Source of the DNA: a virus
Virus record (IMG/VR): IMGVR_UViG_3300016484_001084
Coordinates: 1 to 50,869 of that record
Length of the DNA: 50,869 nt
Direction: 5' to 3' (one strand)
Each line of letters opens with the position of its first letter. Within the stretch, counting starts at the first letter, position 1. The notes under the pieces are model-generated. The model saw only the letters and a list, made by a program, of their open reading frames with translations. It made no database searches and was not told the origin of the DNA. The translations under genes were made by a program, and so were the position numbers. Of this stretch, positions 50,280-50,869 are shown piece after piece.

Positions 50280-50513
50280 CCTGATACTGTGTTGATCCCT
50301 AACCATCAGCTGGTATGCAAGGTTGGTGCCTGGCACTGATCCTGCATACCACACCTGCTATTATGCAAGTCTCGTGCCACGCCGCCTCGCTTGATTCACC
50401 TAGGTTCAACTACTTAGCTGACCCGGGGGAGCCCCCCAGCGAGGGCCGAAGGAAGCCGGAAGCGTCTCCGGTACGCGCAATATAAAAATAGAGACTTTAT
50501 CGAAAATCGCAGA

Positions 50514-50561
50514 ATCGCGATAATGGTGATTGGCTGATTCTGGGATCTTGACAATCGCGAT
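50514..50561. promoter_or_regulatory. two palindromic ATCGCGAT boxes (AATCGCGATAAT) bracketing the -35 element: operator candidates
   Basis: ATCGCGAT at 50514-50521 and 50554-50561. The second abuts TTGACA. Confidence 0.45.
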
Positions 50562-50576
50562 AATCGGTGGTAGGCT
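50548..50576 (+). promoter_or_regulatory. sigma70-like promoter TTGACA-N17-TAGGCT for the rightward arm
   Basis: -35 at 50548-50553, -10 at 50571-50576. AGGAGG RBS at 50591, ATG at 50605. Confidence 0.55.
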
Positions 50577-50604
50577 GCGTGGTATAAACAAGGAGGACGA
50601 CACG

Positions 50605-50869
50605 ATGGAACGGATGAGCATCGGTTGGGCGGTTGCGGCAATGCGAGAGGGCAATCGAGTGAGACGATCAGGCTGGAATGGCAAGGGCATGTTTATCTTC
50701 CTTGTACTTGGGAGTACATTTCAGGTGAACCGCGCACCACTCCTTGGGATGTATCCAGCAGGAACAACGATCAACTATCACGCGCACGTGGATATGAAAA
50801 CCGCAACCGGTGAGATTGTTCCGTGGGTGTGTAGTCAAAGTGATTTACTGGCCACAGACTGGGAAGTGG
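50605..50869 (+). CDS. DUF2829 family protein (Tad2-like anti-Thoeris sponge family), 5' part; continues at 23-60
   Basis: MERMSIGWAVAAMREGNRVRRSGWNGKGMFIFL...HVDMKTATGEIVPWVCSQSDLLATDWEVV matches the DUF2829 signature (a..a.k.GkkvrR.gWngkgm......mkta.g....pW..sq.DlLaeDWe.v). Confidence 0.7.
   Translation, partial: MERMSIGWAVAAMREGNRVRRSGWNGKGMFIFLVLGSTFQVNRAPLLGMYPAGTTINYHAHVDMKTATGEIVPWVCSQSDLLATDWEV
50848..50869. repeat. second copy of the 22-nt terminal overlap
   Basis: Identical to positions 1-22. Confidence 0.95.

Noticed and set aside
49947-50690. ORFs in the control region (49947-50156 +, 50172-50354 -, 50406-50690 -, 50414-50641 -)
   Set aside because: They have no RBS, are covered by iterons and hairpins, and have AT-rich atypical composition. 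The last two run antisense through the promoter and 5' end of the DUF2829 gene.

Overview
The window is a complete, closed genome of about 50.85 kb from a tailed dsDNA phage. Its first 22 nt are identical to its last 22 nt, and one gene reads across that junction. Two divergent arms leave a ~1.25 kb non-coding control region (49357-50604). The rightward (+) arm starts with a DUF2829/Tad2-like gene, an XRE regulator and an NrdR-like zinc ribbon. It continues through the terminase (large subunit split into two ORFs), a block of fibre/depolymerase-like proteins that mostly carry signal-peptide-like N-termini, and a lysis cassette (SLT endolysin, holin-like proteins, overlapping spanin-like pair, secreted SNase-type nuclease). 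It ends with portal, scaffold, HK97-like capsid, a true GroES homologue, tail/adaptor proteins and large internal-virion-like proteins (ends 32783). The leftward (-) arm (49323 down to 32788) starts with small ORFans, including a very acidic ArdA-like protein. It then carries a recombination module (Cas4-like nuclease, Sak4-like ATPase, SSB-like), a UDG-PolA fusion interrupted by an intein, a UvrD-like helicase, a P-loop primase-associated helicase and a terminal lipoprotein. I saw no integrase, phage RNA polymerase, tape measure, CRISPR array, rRNA or canonical tRNA. The organisation looks podovirus-like. The items I consider most worth follow-up are: (1) two tandem tRNA-like minihelices in the replication arm; (2) six consecutive fibre-like proteins with signal-peptide-like N-termini; (3) an intein inside the UDG domain of the polymerase; (4) a quasi-palindromic ori-like core flanked by symmetric sites and iterons; (5) candidate anti-defence genes at the head of both early arms. 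All functional calls rest on motifs read by eye from the translations. No database search was run.
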